A stretch of DNA of 64,000 nt, from the IMG/VR virus record IMGVR_UViG_3300035524_000014, one strand, 5' to 3'. The DNA is from a virus. Of this stretch, positions 35,313-43,478 are shown one piece after another; the first letter of the stretch is position 1, and the number at the start of each line of letters is the position of its first letter. A program made the position numbers and the translations under genes. Below the pieces are notes generated by a model. It saw only the letters and a list, made by a program, of their open reading frames with translations. It ran no database searches and was not told the origin of the DNA.

Positions 35313-36218
35313 ATGTTTGGAAAGAAGAGCGGAGTAACAAAATTTAAGTTTACTGTGGGAGATAACTTTATCTCTTTCAAGCCTTTCTTCGATATGGAAG
35401 GCTCCCCAATTAGTTGTGGTTTTGTTAAATATAACAAAGAACGATCTACAGAAGTTATTCCTGAAGTATCTTATGTAAACGGTAAAGAGATAATGGCAAC
35501 TAAACTTCGTGTAGATAAGCGAACTGTTCCGTCCAAGCTTCTCAATAAGGAATATGAAAAGGCATTGAAAGACCTCATTGAACGTAGGACAACTACAGAT
35601 GAATATGGTGAAGTAGAGGAATATGTTCCGTTAAAAGAAACTAAAAGGGAACTGAAGAAAGCAATCAAAAATCGTCTTCTTAGGAATACCGCGCCCGTTC
35701 CGAACTATTACGATGTTATTCTTTGTGGCGAACTCGGTCGAGGGTATATTTCTACCACTTCTAAGAAAGACCTAGCGTGCCTTGAACAAAGTCTTGATGG
35801 GCTTGAGGATGTTCTTGAATATTGCATCACAGATGAAGAAGTCTATGAAGATGATTTTTCTTTCTTTATTGAATCTGTTTATAAGCAGGATAAGAATTAT
35901 TCTCTTCATATTCCAAACAGTGCCAAACTAAAAGATTCTTCAGATTCGGGTAATGTGAGTTTTGTTGACGCTCTTGAGAAAGAACAGGTTGACAAACTTC
36001 TTGAAATGGGCTATGAGTTTGTTGAAGCGGAATTGGAAATGATTGACGTTGATGTGACTTTCAAAATGAAGAATTGGGAAAATGTGTTTGCTTTTGAAGA
36101 CGAGGTTATGGAGGTAGAAGAGGAAGAGAAACAGGAAGAAATTTCTCAACGGTGGCTTGCTCTCGAAGGACTATATGAAGTTCTGAATAAAAATATTAAA
36201 ACTTTTCTGGAGAATTAA
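35313..36218 (+). CDS. Hypothetical acidic protein
   Basis: GGGGA lies 6 nt before ATG 35313. The alternative in-frame ATG 35301 overlaps the previous ORF. Confidence 0.6.
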   Translation: MFGKKSGVTKFKFTVGDNFISFKPFFDMEGSPISCGFVKYNKERSTEVIPEVSYVNGKEIMATKLRVDKRTVPSKLLNKEYEKALKDLIERRTTTDEYGEVEEYVPLKETKRELKKAIKNRLLRNTAPVPNYYDVILCGELGRGYISTTSKKDLACLEQSLDGLEDVLEYCITDEEVYEDDFSFFIESVYKQDKNYSLHIPNSAKLKDSSDSGNVSFVDALEKEQVDKLLEMGYEFVEAELEMIDVDVTFKMKNWENVFAFEDEVMEVEEEEKQEEISQRWLALEGLYEVLNKNIKTFLEN

Positions 36219-36220
36219 GA

Positions 36221-36826
36221 ATGGAAAAAAATAATCTTTTTTGTTGTGATTACTGTGGATGTAATGAATTTGTAAAAAAACAAAGTGTGTGGGTTTGTTG
36301 GAACTGCGGACGTCGTTTTAGGTATAAAACAAACAATAATAATACAAATCGAGAAGAGATTAATCTGGGGGAAAAAGTAGAGGCGGCGGAATTCGTTGAT
36401 AAAGAAAGGGTAAGTGCTTTTAAAGAATATATGAATGAAGAAATCCCTAATCCATACCTCAACAAGGAAGAACACGATCCCTTCCGAAAGTTGAAGTGCG
36501 TTCTTGAACTTGCTTATGACCAGTGTGCAAATGGCAAGGGCAAAGAACGACATAATCCGGAAGGGACCATTCCATTTGAAGATCAGCCTATCATGGAGAC
36601 CACCCGAGCACACGGGCTTGGGCACTCCACAGGACAAGCTGAAAAGAAACTGAGGGAAGCACATAACCTCATTGGACTTCGTGGATATGACGCCGCAATC
36701 AACGAAATTCTCGGTGCAATTGTTTATAGTGCTGCGGCGGTCCTTTATCTTCAGGAAGAGAGGGATAAAAACAAATCGACGAAAACTCTCTCCGGACTTC
36801 TCAAGGAAGGATCTACTAATGAATAA
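36221..36826 (+). CDS. Zinc ribbon plus putative nucleotide pyrophosphohydrolase-like domain
   Basis: N-terminal CCDYCGC..CWNCG. GKGKERHNPEGTIPFEDQP...TGQAEKKLREA resembles a phage dATP/dGTP diphosphohydrolase N-terminal family. This is from recollection only. Confidence 0.35.
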   Translation: MEKNNLFCCDYCGCNEFVKKQSVWVCWNCGRRFRYKTNNNNTNREEINLGEKVEAAEFVDKERVSAFKEYMNEEIPNPYLNKEEHDPFRKLKCVLELAYDQCANGKGKERHNPEGTIPFEDQPIMETTRAHGLGHSTGQAEKKLREAHNLIGLRGYDAAINEILGAIVYSAAAVLYLQEERDKNKSTKTLSGLLKEGSTNE

Positions 36827-37301
36827 AATTGAAATATATTATCACGATAAAGACCTCCCCAGGATTGAGCAGATTGAAGTGGGTAATTGGATTGATCTTA
36901 GGGCATCGAGCCTTAAAGTAATCAGTTCAATTCTAAACAACAAATATGAAGTGTCATTATCTAGTCCGTTTAATTATATTGCTGGAATGACGATTATGGT
37001 CAACCTCGGCATCTCTATGAACATTGGAAACATGGAGGCACACCTAGTTCCTCGTTCTTCCACTTTCAAGAAATACGGGTTGATTCAGACTAACCACATG
37101 GGAGTTATCGATTCTTCTTATTGCGGACAAGATGATGTCTGGTGGATGCCGTGTTATGCCCTCAAACCTGGAACTATCCACTACGGGGACCGGATTTGTC
37201 AATTCCGTCTTGTAGAACCTATGGGAAAGGTTGAAATTAAAGAGGTAGAGAGCCTTTCTTCTCCTAGTCGTGGAGGATTCGGTTCAACAGGAAGTTCTTG
37301 A
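36819..37301 (+). CDS. dut: dUTPase (trimeric type)
   Basis: GVIDSSYCGQDD (motif III) and C-terminal SRGGFGSTG (motif V). ATG 36819 overlaps the previous gene. Confidence 0.85.
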   Translation: MNKIEIYYHDKDLPRIEQIEVGNWIDLRASSLKVISSILNNKYEVSLSSPFNYIAGMTIMVNLGISMNIGNMEAHLVPRSSTFKKYGLIQTNHMGVIDSSYCGQDDVWWMPCYALKPGTIHYGDRICQFRLVEPMGKVEIKEVESLSSPSRGGFGSTGSS

Positions 37302-37321
37302 TAAAATTTAACAAAAATAAC

Positions 37322-37350
37322 TTGACTTATCGGTTGATTTTTGATATAAT
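37322..37350 (+). promoter_or_regulatory. Consensus extended -10 sigma70-type promoter for the nrd operon
   Basis: TTGACT (37322-37327), 17 nt ending TTTTGA, then TATAAT (37345-37350). Confidence 0.75.
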
Positions 37351-37369
37351 GTGAAATGTAATTACTTAG

Positions 37370-37413
37370 GGAGTAGTGTTTTGGAATGGGCTTTTACCGT
37401 TCAACACTACTCC
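37370..37413 (+). promoter_or_regulatory. 5' leader hairpin of the nrdD transcript (11-bp perfect stem)
   Basis: GGAGTAGTGTT, a 22-nt loop, then AACACTACTCC, followed by TTAATTGTCTTTATTT. It starts roughly 13 nt after the predicted transcription start. Confidence 0.5.
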
Positions 37414-37459
37414 TTAATTGTCTTTATTTAACCTACTAATTATCTATAAAGGAATTTCT

Positions 37460-39292
37460 ATGACTAATCGGACTGAAGTTAGAATTGATGCTCGTAAAAT
37501 TATAAATGAATACATGGAGGACGGAGATGTAGCGAAAGAAAATGCTAACCAGAATAAAGGTCCGTCTGGACTTCTTATGGCCGTAGGTAGTGAAGGACTT
37601 AGGCGCAATACTCTGAAGGAAATGGTAGAAGAAGGATTTGGGGAGTTGGTAGAAATGCACAATAAAGGAAAGGTGCATCTCCACGATCTAGGGATGGGCA
37701 CCCATACCCCCTACTGCTGTGGTAACTCTCTTCCTGATCTTTTGAATAATGGTATAGAAGTTGGTATTAAAGCTGCTCCTGCAAAACATTTTAATTCTGC
37801 TATTAATCATATGGTTAATTTCATTGGGAGCATGTCTAATGATTATTCAGGCGCACAAGCATTTAACGGGGTTGATACCTATCTAGCTCCATATGCTTAT
37901 AAACGATATCTTGATTTTAAAAAAAGCGGATGTGCTCCTGCAACTGCTTTCAAGCTCACAAGAGAAGAAGTTTATCAAGCGATTCAGAATTTTGTATTTC
38001 ATTTGAATTTTAATACCAGATATGGCTCACAACCCCCCTTCGGGAATATTACTCTTGATATTACCGTACCGCCAGATATGAAAGATCAAGTTGCTATGGT
38101 CGCAGGAAAGCCTATCAAAGAATTTTATGACTACACAGTTGACGGGGTTCGTGTAAATAATCACACCCACGCTGATCTTTGGGAATGGCAACGTCTTGTT
38201 GCTGAAGCCTTTATTGATACTTTTAATGAGGGAGATGCTAATGGGGTTGGTTTTACTTTCCCTGTTTTGACTCTTAATGTTGAAGATACTTTCTTTGATC
38301 ACCCTCTTACAGATAAGATTTGTGAGTTTACCGCGAAGTATGGTATTCCTTTTTTCCAGAACTTTGTAAATGGTGTAGGCGGCGGGGAAAAACTTAGTCC
38401 ACAGGATACTCGCGCTCTTTGCTGTAGGCTGAGTTTGTCTCTTAAAGATATTGCAAAATCTACAGGCGGTCTTTTTGGTAATAGTGATGGAACGGGCAGT
38501 CTTGTTGTTGTGACCGTAAACCTTCCCTATCTGGCATGTGAATCTAGGGGAGATATTAAGCGTTTCTATAAAGACTTGTATGCAACCATGGAAAAGATCA
38601 AAGAATACCATATTTGGAAACGTGGAAAAGTAGTAGACGCCTATAATAAGGGTTTTCTCGCTCTTTCTAAAAAAGCTCTTCCTAAAGGTTACGACACTTT
38701 CTTTACTACGGTTGGATTTATTGGTACGTGGGAATGTGTAGAAATGCTCACTAAGGATGAGCAATCTCTTCTCACAAAGGAGGGTCTTGCCCTAGGAAAA
38801 GATATTCTTCAAGGAATGGTTGATAAAACTAAGTCTTGGATGGAAGAATATAAAATGCTTTGGAACGTGGAAGAGACTCCTGCGGAAAGTGCTTCTTATA
38901 AACTTGCTAAGAAGTCTCTGAAACAATTCCCTAACATTGTTCATCGTGGTCTTAAAAAAGCACCATATTTTACTAATGGATGTAATATTCCGGTTGAGTT
39001 TCAAGATGATCTCTCTCAAGTTCTTAAAGTTCGCACAGTGCTACAGCCTATTCCAACTGGTGGAACGGCAACTCACTTCTATATTGGTGAAGAGTGGTCC
39101 GTGGAACAAACAAAGGAATTTATCAGGATGATTTGTAATACACCTATTCCTTATTTTTCTATCTCTACAGTGTATTCTATTTGTCCTATTTGTGGGTATC
39201 ACGTAGGAGCACACTCTGTATGTCCAAATAATCATACAGAAGAAGAAATTAATGAATTGAGAAAAACAAACCCCGAACTTATTATTGAGTAG
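37460..39292 (+). CDS. nrdD: Anaerobic ribonucleoside-triphosphate reductase large fragment (NrdD without the glycyl-radical segment)
   Basis: Thiyl-radical loop ALCCRLSLSL and C-terminal zinc site CPICG...CPNNH. No RxxGY motif follows. AAGGA lies 6 nt before ATG 37460; the ORF-track start at 37418 is a TTG. Confidence 0.85.
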   Translation: MTNRTEVRIDARKIINEYMEDGDVAKENANQNKGPSGLLMAVGSEGLRRNTLKEMVEEGFGELVEMHNKGKVHLHDLGMGTHTPYCCGNSLPDLLNNGIEVGIKAAPAKHFNSAINHMVNFIGSMSNDYSGAQAFNGVDTYLAPYAYKRYLDFKKSGCAPATAFKLTREEVYQAIQNFVFHLNFNTRYGSQPPFGNITLDITVPPDMKDQVAMVAGKPIKEFYDYTVDGVRVNNHTHADLWEWQRLVAEAFIDTFNEGDANGVGFTFPVLTLNVEDTFFDHPLTDKICEFTAKYGIPFFQNFVNGVGGGEKLSPQDTRALCCRLSLSLKDIAKSTGGLFGNSDGTGSLVVVTVNLPYLACESRGDIKRFYKDLYATMEKIKEYHIWKRGKVVDAYNKGFLALSKKALPKGYDTFFTTVGFIGTWECVEMLTKDEQSLLTKEGLALGKDILQGMVDKTKSWMEEYKMLWNVEETPAESASYKLAKKSLKQFPNIVHRGLKKAPYFTNGCNIPVEFQDDLSQVLKVRTVLQPIPTGGTATHFYIGEEWSVEQTKEFIRMICNTPIPYFSISTVYSICPICGYHVGAHSVCPNNHTEEEINELRKTNPELIIE

Positions 39293-39295
39293 GCT

Positions 39296-39847
39296 ATGTC
39301 AGATAAGACCATTTATTCATATTGCACCGGGATGGTGGACTTTCCTAATAAATATGCGTTTACGATTTATTTTAGTGGGTGTAATATGGATTGTTCGTTC
39401 TGCCACAATAAACACATTCTAACCTCTGATGCTAATTATTCATTTGAAGAAATATATGAGGAGATAAAGGCGTTAAATAAAATTGTTCCTGATATTGGGG
39501 TTGTTCTTTCAGGAGGGGAACCTACCTGTAATCGTGATTTTGAAAAAGCTCTTAATGCTTTTGAGGACTACCCGCTTTCCTTGCATACAAACGGAATGAA
39601 CATTGTGCCGGAATATGAAGGCAATATTGTTCTTGGATTGAAACCGTTTAACACGCGAACATATATAAAAACAATATCTAACTTTCTAATATATCATGCA
39701 GATTTTTCCGATACTTACTATAGGGAGGTTCGATATGTAACAGGAGTTGATGATGTTGAGTATGGTAAAGTTATCACTGAATTGCAACCTATTATTGAAA
39801 AAACAAATTGGAATCTTTGTAGTGTAGAAGATTCTCGAAAGGAGTAA
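39296..39847 (+). CDS. nrdG: Anaerobic RNR activating enzyme (radical SAM)
   Basis: FSGCNMDCSFCHN (CxxxCxxC) and VVLSGGEPT. Confidence 0.8.
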   Translation: MSDKTIYSYCTGMVDFPNKYAFTIYFSGCNMDCSFCHNKHILTSDANYSFEEIYEEIKALNKIVPDIGVVLSGGEPTCNRDFEKALNAFEDYPLSLHTNGMNIVPEYEGNIVLGLKPFNTRTYIKTISNFLIYHADFSDTYYREVRYVTGVDDVEYGKVITELQPIIEKTNWNLCSVEDSRKE

Positions 39848-39851
39848 TGCT

Positions 39852-39980
39852 ATGAAAGTTAAATGCAAGACCTATACTAAGATTGTTGGGTACTGCCGTC
39901 CTGTTGATAACTGGAATGTGGGTAAGAAGCAAGAGTTCAAGGATCGTAAGTTCCTTTCTATGAAGGGAAGCTCTATGTAA
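39852..39980 (+). CDS. Stand-alone 42-aa glycyl-radical peptide corresponding to the NrdD C-terminus
   Basis: AAGGAG lies 8 nt before ATG 39852. MKVKCKTYTKIVGYCRPVDNWNVGKKQEFKDRKFLSMKGSSM* matches the NrdD C-terminal consensus R(I/V)xGY..P...(F/W)N.GK..E...R. Confidence 0.75.
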   Translation: MKVKCKTYTKIVGYCRPVDNWNVGKKQEFKDRKFLSMKGSSM

Positions 39981-39989
39981 AGTAAACAA

Positions 39990-40020
39990 AGAGGGGAGAA
40001 GTAAAACTCCCCTCTTTTTA
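39990..40020 (+). terminator. Intrinsic terminator after the nrd operon
   Basis: AGAGGGGAG-aagtaaaa-CTCCCCTCT followed by TTTTAAAT. Confidence 0.75.
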
Positions 40021-40035
40021 AATAGGGATTAGTGT

Positions 40036-40242
40036 ATGGGAAAGACGTATAGAAATAAAGATTACACGCTGTTTGGTGGAATTGGGGATGGTAAAGACGG
40101 AAGCACCCTTTCCTCAAAAAAGGCATATAGAGAATATAAGGAAATGCGCCGAAGAAAAGAACGAAGAAAGGAAAAACAACTCATGCGTGAAGGAAAGGAT
40201 ATTCCTGTTTCTAAAAAAGATGATAAATATTGGTGGTGGTGA
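40036..40242 (+). CDS. Small highly basic protein
   Basis: A 68-aa ORF containing KEMRRRKERRKEKQLMREGK and ending WWW. Confidence 0.5.
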   Translation: MGKTYRNKDYTLFGGIGDGKDGSTLSSKKAYREYKEMRRRKERRKEKQLMREGKDIPVSKKDDKYWWW

Positions 40243-40862
40243 TGAGTAAAACTTTCAGAGTAGAAGTAGAGAAAGTAACAAGCAGGGAATTGGCACAAAG
40301 AGCATGTGGGGCAACAATAGATGCACATTCAAATATCACACTGGATAGACTTTATCAATGTATGCACTCACCAATGCGTACACAGATTTTCTATGTTTCT
40401 CTATATGACATTCCTTCTTATGTGGCAATGCATCTTGTTCGTCATGTTACTATCGTTCCTTTTGTCAAATCCAATAGGTCAGATCGTAGAAAAAAGAATG
40501 AAGATAAACTTCCGGTAGTAATTGACACCTATGATGATCTTATTGATACTGCGCGAAATATTCCCGTAAGAATGGATTTTATATGCAACGCCGAAGCTAT
40601 GCTCAATATGTCCTATAAAAGGCTTTGTTATAAATCCTCACGCGATACCAGGTGGGTTATGAACGCAATTAGAACTGAGGTACAAAGGGTTGATTATGAC
40701 TTGGCCTATCGAATGGTCCCTCAGTGCATCAAAAAACGAAATTGTGAAGAATTAAAAACTTGTGGGTATTTTGGAAAGTTTCTTAACAAACGCCCTGAAT
40801 TATGTTCTAAGGAGTCATTATTGGATGTAAATAGTTTTTTCAAAGCATATAATCAAGGGTAA
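40242..40862 (+). CDS. ThyX-like (flavin-dependent thymidylate synthase fold) protein with a divergent signature
   Basis: HSPMRTQIFYVSLYDIPSYVAMHLVRHVTIVPFVKSNRSDR parallels the ThyX core (..H.S..E....F.i..iSr....qlvRHR..S...S.R), but RHRxxS is replaced here by RHVTIV. Confidence 0.45.
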   Translation: MSKTFRVEVEKVTSRELAQRACGATIDAHSNITLDRLYQCMHSPMRTQIFYVSLYDIPSYVAMHLVRHVTIVPFVKSNRSDRRKKNEDKLPVVIDTYDDLIDTARNIPVRMDFICNAEAMLNMSYKRLCYKSSRDTRWVMNAIRTEVQRVDYDLAYRMVPQCIKKRNCEELKTCGYFGKFLNKRPELCSKESLLDVNSFFKAYNQG

Positions 40863-40867
40863 TAAAG

Positions 40868-40897
40868 AAACCCCCTTTCGTTAAAGAGAGGGGGTTT
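40868..40897. terminator. Bidirectional hairpin terminator between convergent modules
   Basis: AAACCCCCT-ttcgttaaagag-AGGGGGTTT, flanked by A/T runs. It sits between the plus-strand stop at 40862 and the minus-strand stop at 40924. Confidence 0.7.
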
Positions 40898-40923
40898 ATA
40901 ATAAGGTAGGTAGTCGGTTTAAT

Positions 40924-41259
40924 TTAGGTAGCAGGAATCTGACTTCTAACAGTCAACCTACCTTCAATAGGAATAGTAATATTAGATAAATTATCAGTCA
41001 AGTTAATTTGATATAGATATGAGCTTGCGGTAAGACTATCCCACACAGGATCGCCGTTTGCAATAGTCACGGAAACGTTATAGTCCCCCGTGCCGTCTAA
41101 ACCTGTTCCATCAATACTTGCTACATTTTCATAAGCAGTAGTACCAATCACCATTTTCACAGAGGAATATCCGGTTAAATCAATCAAAGACCCCGCATCA
41201 TTTCTAACTCCAAAAGTCAACTCAGCATCGGTATTTCTATATACACTTTTAAGAGACAT
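40924..41259 (-). CDS. Hypothetical beta-rich (Ig-like?) virion-associated protein
   Basis: A 111-aa ORF, Thr/Ser/Gly-rich, at the end of the late operon. Confidence 0.5.
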   Translation of the reverse strand: MSLKSVYRNTDAELTFGVRNDAGSLIDLTGYSSVKMVIGTTAYENVASIDGTGLDGTGDYNVSVTIANGDPVWDSLTASSYLYQINLTDNLSNITIPIEGRLTVRSQIPAT

Positions 41260-41438
41260 ATGTACACCCCATTTCTATGTGTTACTTTTTCTAACAAGAA
41301 TTGTATCAAACCCCGCACTTGTAGGAACAGCAGTTGAAATTTCTTTGGCCCCAATCTCAATATCTGTTTTTTCATCAAACACAAATGAAACTGCGTTAGG
41401 AAAATAAAAACTGTTCTGAAAACTCTGTACTCGTCTTT

Positions 41439-42140
41439 TTACGTTAAATGTATAATAGGTAGTTTACACTCATGCTCATCTTTAACCCAATAAACGTACT
41501 TATCTAACCTCTCAACAGTGCCTTCTTTCAACCCCTTATCCAATTCTTCCATAAGACCCGTGCAGAGAGCGAAAATATCCCAACCAAAATTAACAACACC
41601 GTCATCATTTCCGTTATCATCATAAATAGGTGTTTTTATCATCTTTAACACAACAGGTTCTCCATCTATATTACCAAATTCAACATAGAGACAACGTTTG
41701 CCAATTTTCTTACAGTGTTCATCTGAGGATCGACATATATCCCCAAAACTATGTTGTTTACCCGTCCCCTCTCGATAGTCATTAATAATATCCATATCTG
41801 TCATACCGATTATATCTGGCATACAGGTTTTTGGCATACGAAAAAAATGAACACATTGGTACTCATTAACAAAGAGGAATCTCCCTTCACTATCTTTTCT
41901 ACAGATCAATCCTCCTGCTGCATGTGCCATATCCGACATAAGTTTATTGTTCTGATATAATTGAGCGTTTGCTTTATGTAGAGCGTCATTTGCTTCTTCA
42001 AGTTGGTGCTTGGTTCGAATAAGTTCTTCTCTCTGCTCTTTTGCCATTTGAAAAGCAGTATCAAAATTTCTCTTTGCCTCAGTTATCTCGTAAGCCGTTT
42101 TTTTAAGTCTATTTTTATGCTCTACCAATAAACCAAACAT
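41439..42140 (-). CDS. Coiled-coil plus PAS-domain protein
   Basis: About 70 aa of N-terminal coiled coil, then GGLICRKDSEGRFLFVNEYQCVHFF....DIIGMTDMDII...GEPVVLKMIKTPIYDDNGNDDGVVNFGWDI, which follows the PAS fold pattern. Confidence 0.6.
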   Translation of the reverse strand: MFGLLVEHKNRLKKTAYEITEAKRNFDTAFQMAKEQREELIRTKHQLEEANDALHKANAQLYQNNKLMSDMAHAAGGLICRKDSEGRFLFVNEYQCVHFFRMPKTCMPDIIGMTDMDIINDYREGTGKQHSFGDICRSSDEHCKKIGKRCLYVEFGNIDGEPVVLKMIKTPIYDDNGNDDGVVNFGWDIFALCTGLMEELDKGLKEGTVERLDKYVYWVKDEHECKLPIIHLT

Positions 42141-42154
42141 ATCTTTCTATCCCC

Positions 42155-42352
42155 CTAACCCATATGTGTTTTAATCAATGCGTGAATTATATAAAAGAAC
42201 GTTCCAACAGTTCCAGACACGAACAACATTAGAACAGCCCATATAATTTTTTGTTGTGCTTTTATATTTGCAACTTCTTCTATCAATGTGTAAACTTTCT
42301 CGGACAGTTTATCATAACTGTCCTTGAGCATATCTAATGGGTCCATGATCAT
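42155..42352 (-). CDS. Small single-pass membrane protein (lysis-associated?)
   Basis: C-terminal TM KIIWAVLMLFVSGTVGTFFYIIHALI. It sits directly after the endolysin gene. Confidence 0.5.
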   Translation of the reverse strand: MIMDPLDMLKDSYDKLSEKVYTLIEEVANIKAQQKIIWAVLMLFVSGTVGTFFYIIHALIKTHMG

Positions 42353-42373
42353 ATCCTACCCCACCACGTTTCG

Positions 42374-42823
42374 CTAAACATTAAATACGTGGATTTTTCC
42401 GTTCAGATGAGTATTAGCGCAATCTATGTGCAACCAAGTAGGTGTATGTTTGATATTTTCCAAACGTCTGACACCAGTATTATACCAATATTCTTCATTA
42501 TCAAGAATGTAATCGTAAACTACATCAACAGAAGAATCAGGAAATTTTAAATCCATTGCACAACCAAACTTGTGCATAGAATATAATGCTCCTATGGAAG
42601 AGTCTACTTCTCGCATACCACTATCTTGATAATTGCCGCCCCATTGCCAATCATTGACAATAATCGGAGAACCAATACCTTCCCTAAGTGTGTCAATAAC
42701 ATTCAAAATAAGAGGATTGAGGAATTTCCAAGAGGAGTCTCCATATCTTTTATAAATATTCGGATTAACTAATTCTTTTATATTGAAGTGCTTAGTCTTC
42801 ATTCTTATCTTCCTTAAGTTCAT
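42374..42823 (-). CDS. Endolysin, M15-family (LAS-type) zinc peptidase
   Basis: SMHKFGCAMD (H-x6-D) and WLHIDC (second His). Confidence 0.8.
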   Translation of the reverse strand: MNLRKIRMKTKHFNIKELVNPNIYKRYGDSSWKFLNPLILNVIDTLREGIGSPIIVNDWQWGGNYQDSGMREVDSSIGALYSMHKFGCAMDLKFPDSSVDVVYDYILDNEEYWYNTGVRRLENIKHTPTWLHIDCANTHLNGKIHVFNV

Positions 42824-43112
42824 TTACCTGAGAGTCATAGGCTTCATATGCGGCTTTTGCTTCTTTTCTTGCCCTCTCCGCTTCAAGAAAATTCTTCCAA
42901 ATAATCATTGCCGATTTCTTTGAGCCTAAATGAACTCCTTCTGGAATCTTTTTATAAACCGGATCAGCGGGAGGCTCAATTCTTTCTGGGACTCTAGTTA
43001 CGGTAATAGTGTGTTCTACTATTTTAGGACCACATCCATTAATAAAGAGTAGGCTAGTTAAAACCAAGAACAGAATTGATTGCTTTAATGTATTCTTCAT
43101 TTGACTTCTCAT
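42792..43112 (-). CDS. o-spanin (outer-membrane lipoprotein)
   Basis: Signal peptide plus lipobox LLFINGC, Pro-rich mature part. The gene overlaps the 3' end of the i-spanin gene. Confidence 0.65.
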   Translation of the reverse strand: MRSQMKNTLKQSILFLVLTSLLFINGCGPKIVEHTITVTRVPERIEPPADPVYKKIPEGVHLGSKKSAMIIWKNFLEAERARKEAKAAYEAYDSQVNELKEDKNED

Positions 43113-43473
43113 CTAATACTCTCAGTTTAGAATCTTCTTTATCTATCTCTCTTGTGTTCTCGCAAATCTCAAGCATTTTATCATATTGCTTTCTATATTC
43201 TTCAAAGTCTTTTTTATATGAAACAATTTGGTTTTGTAGCCCATCAATAACAAGTTGTTTTGTTTCCTGGTCTTGTTCTAGTTGTTTATTTATATTTTTT
43301 ATAGTAGATAGCTCTGATAATTTGTTAGCAAGTTCTACTTTCGTATTACTATGAGAAGTCTTTTCCCACATATAGAGAAAGCCTAGGGAAGCAATAACAA
43401 TCCCCAGCAGGATAACAATTACACCTTGCTTCTTGCCTCCAAAAAATGAAAGGAACGCTGAAAAAATAAACAT
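43054..43473 (-). CDS. i-spanin (N-terminal TM plus coiled coil)
   Basis: TM VIVILLGIVIASLGFLYMW followed by coiled coil. Overlapped architecture with the lipoprotein gene. Confidence 0.65.
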   Translation of the reverse strand: MFIFSAFLSFFGGKKQGVIVILLGIVIASLGFLYMWEKTSHSNTKVELANKLSELSTIKNINKQLEQDQETKQLVIDGLQNQIVSYKKDFEEYRKQYDKMLEICENTREIDKEDSKLRVLDEKSNEEYIKAINSVLGFN

Positions 43474-43478
43474 AAATA

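Noticed and set aside
38027-38764. A 245-aa minus-strand ORF inside nrdD. Other antisense ORFs include 16957..17322, 17660..18084, 18314..18721, 27944..28366, 33587..34125, 36215..36664, 62522..63085 and 51791..52267.
   Set aside because: All are embedded antisense in genes with clear catalytic motifs or structural roles. They have low-complexity translations and no start signals.
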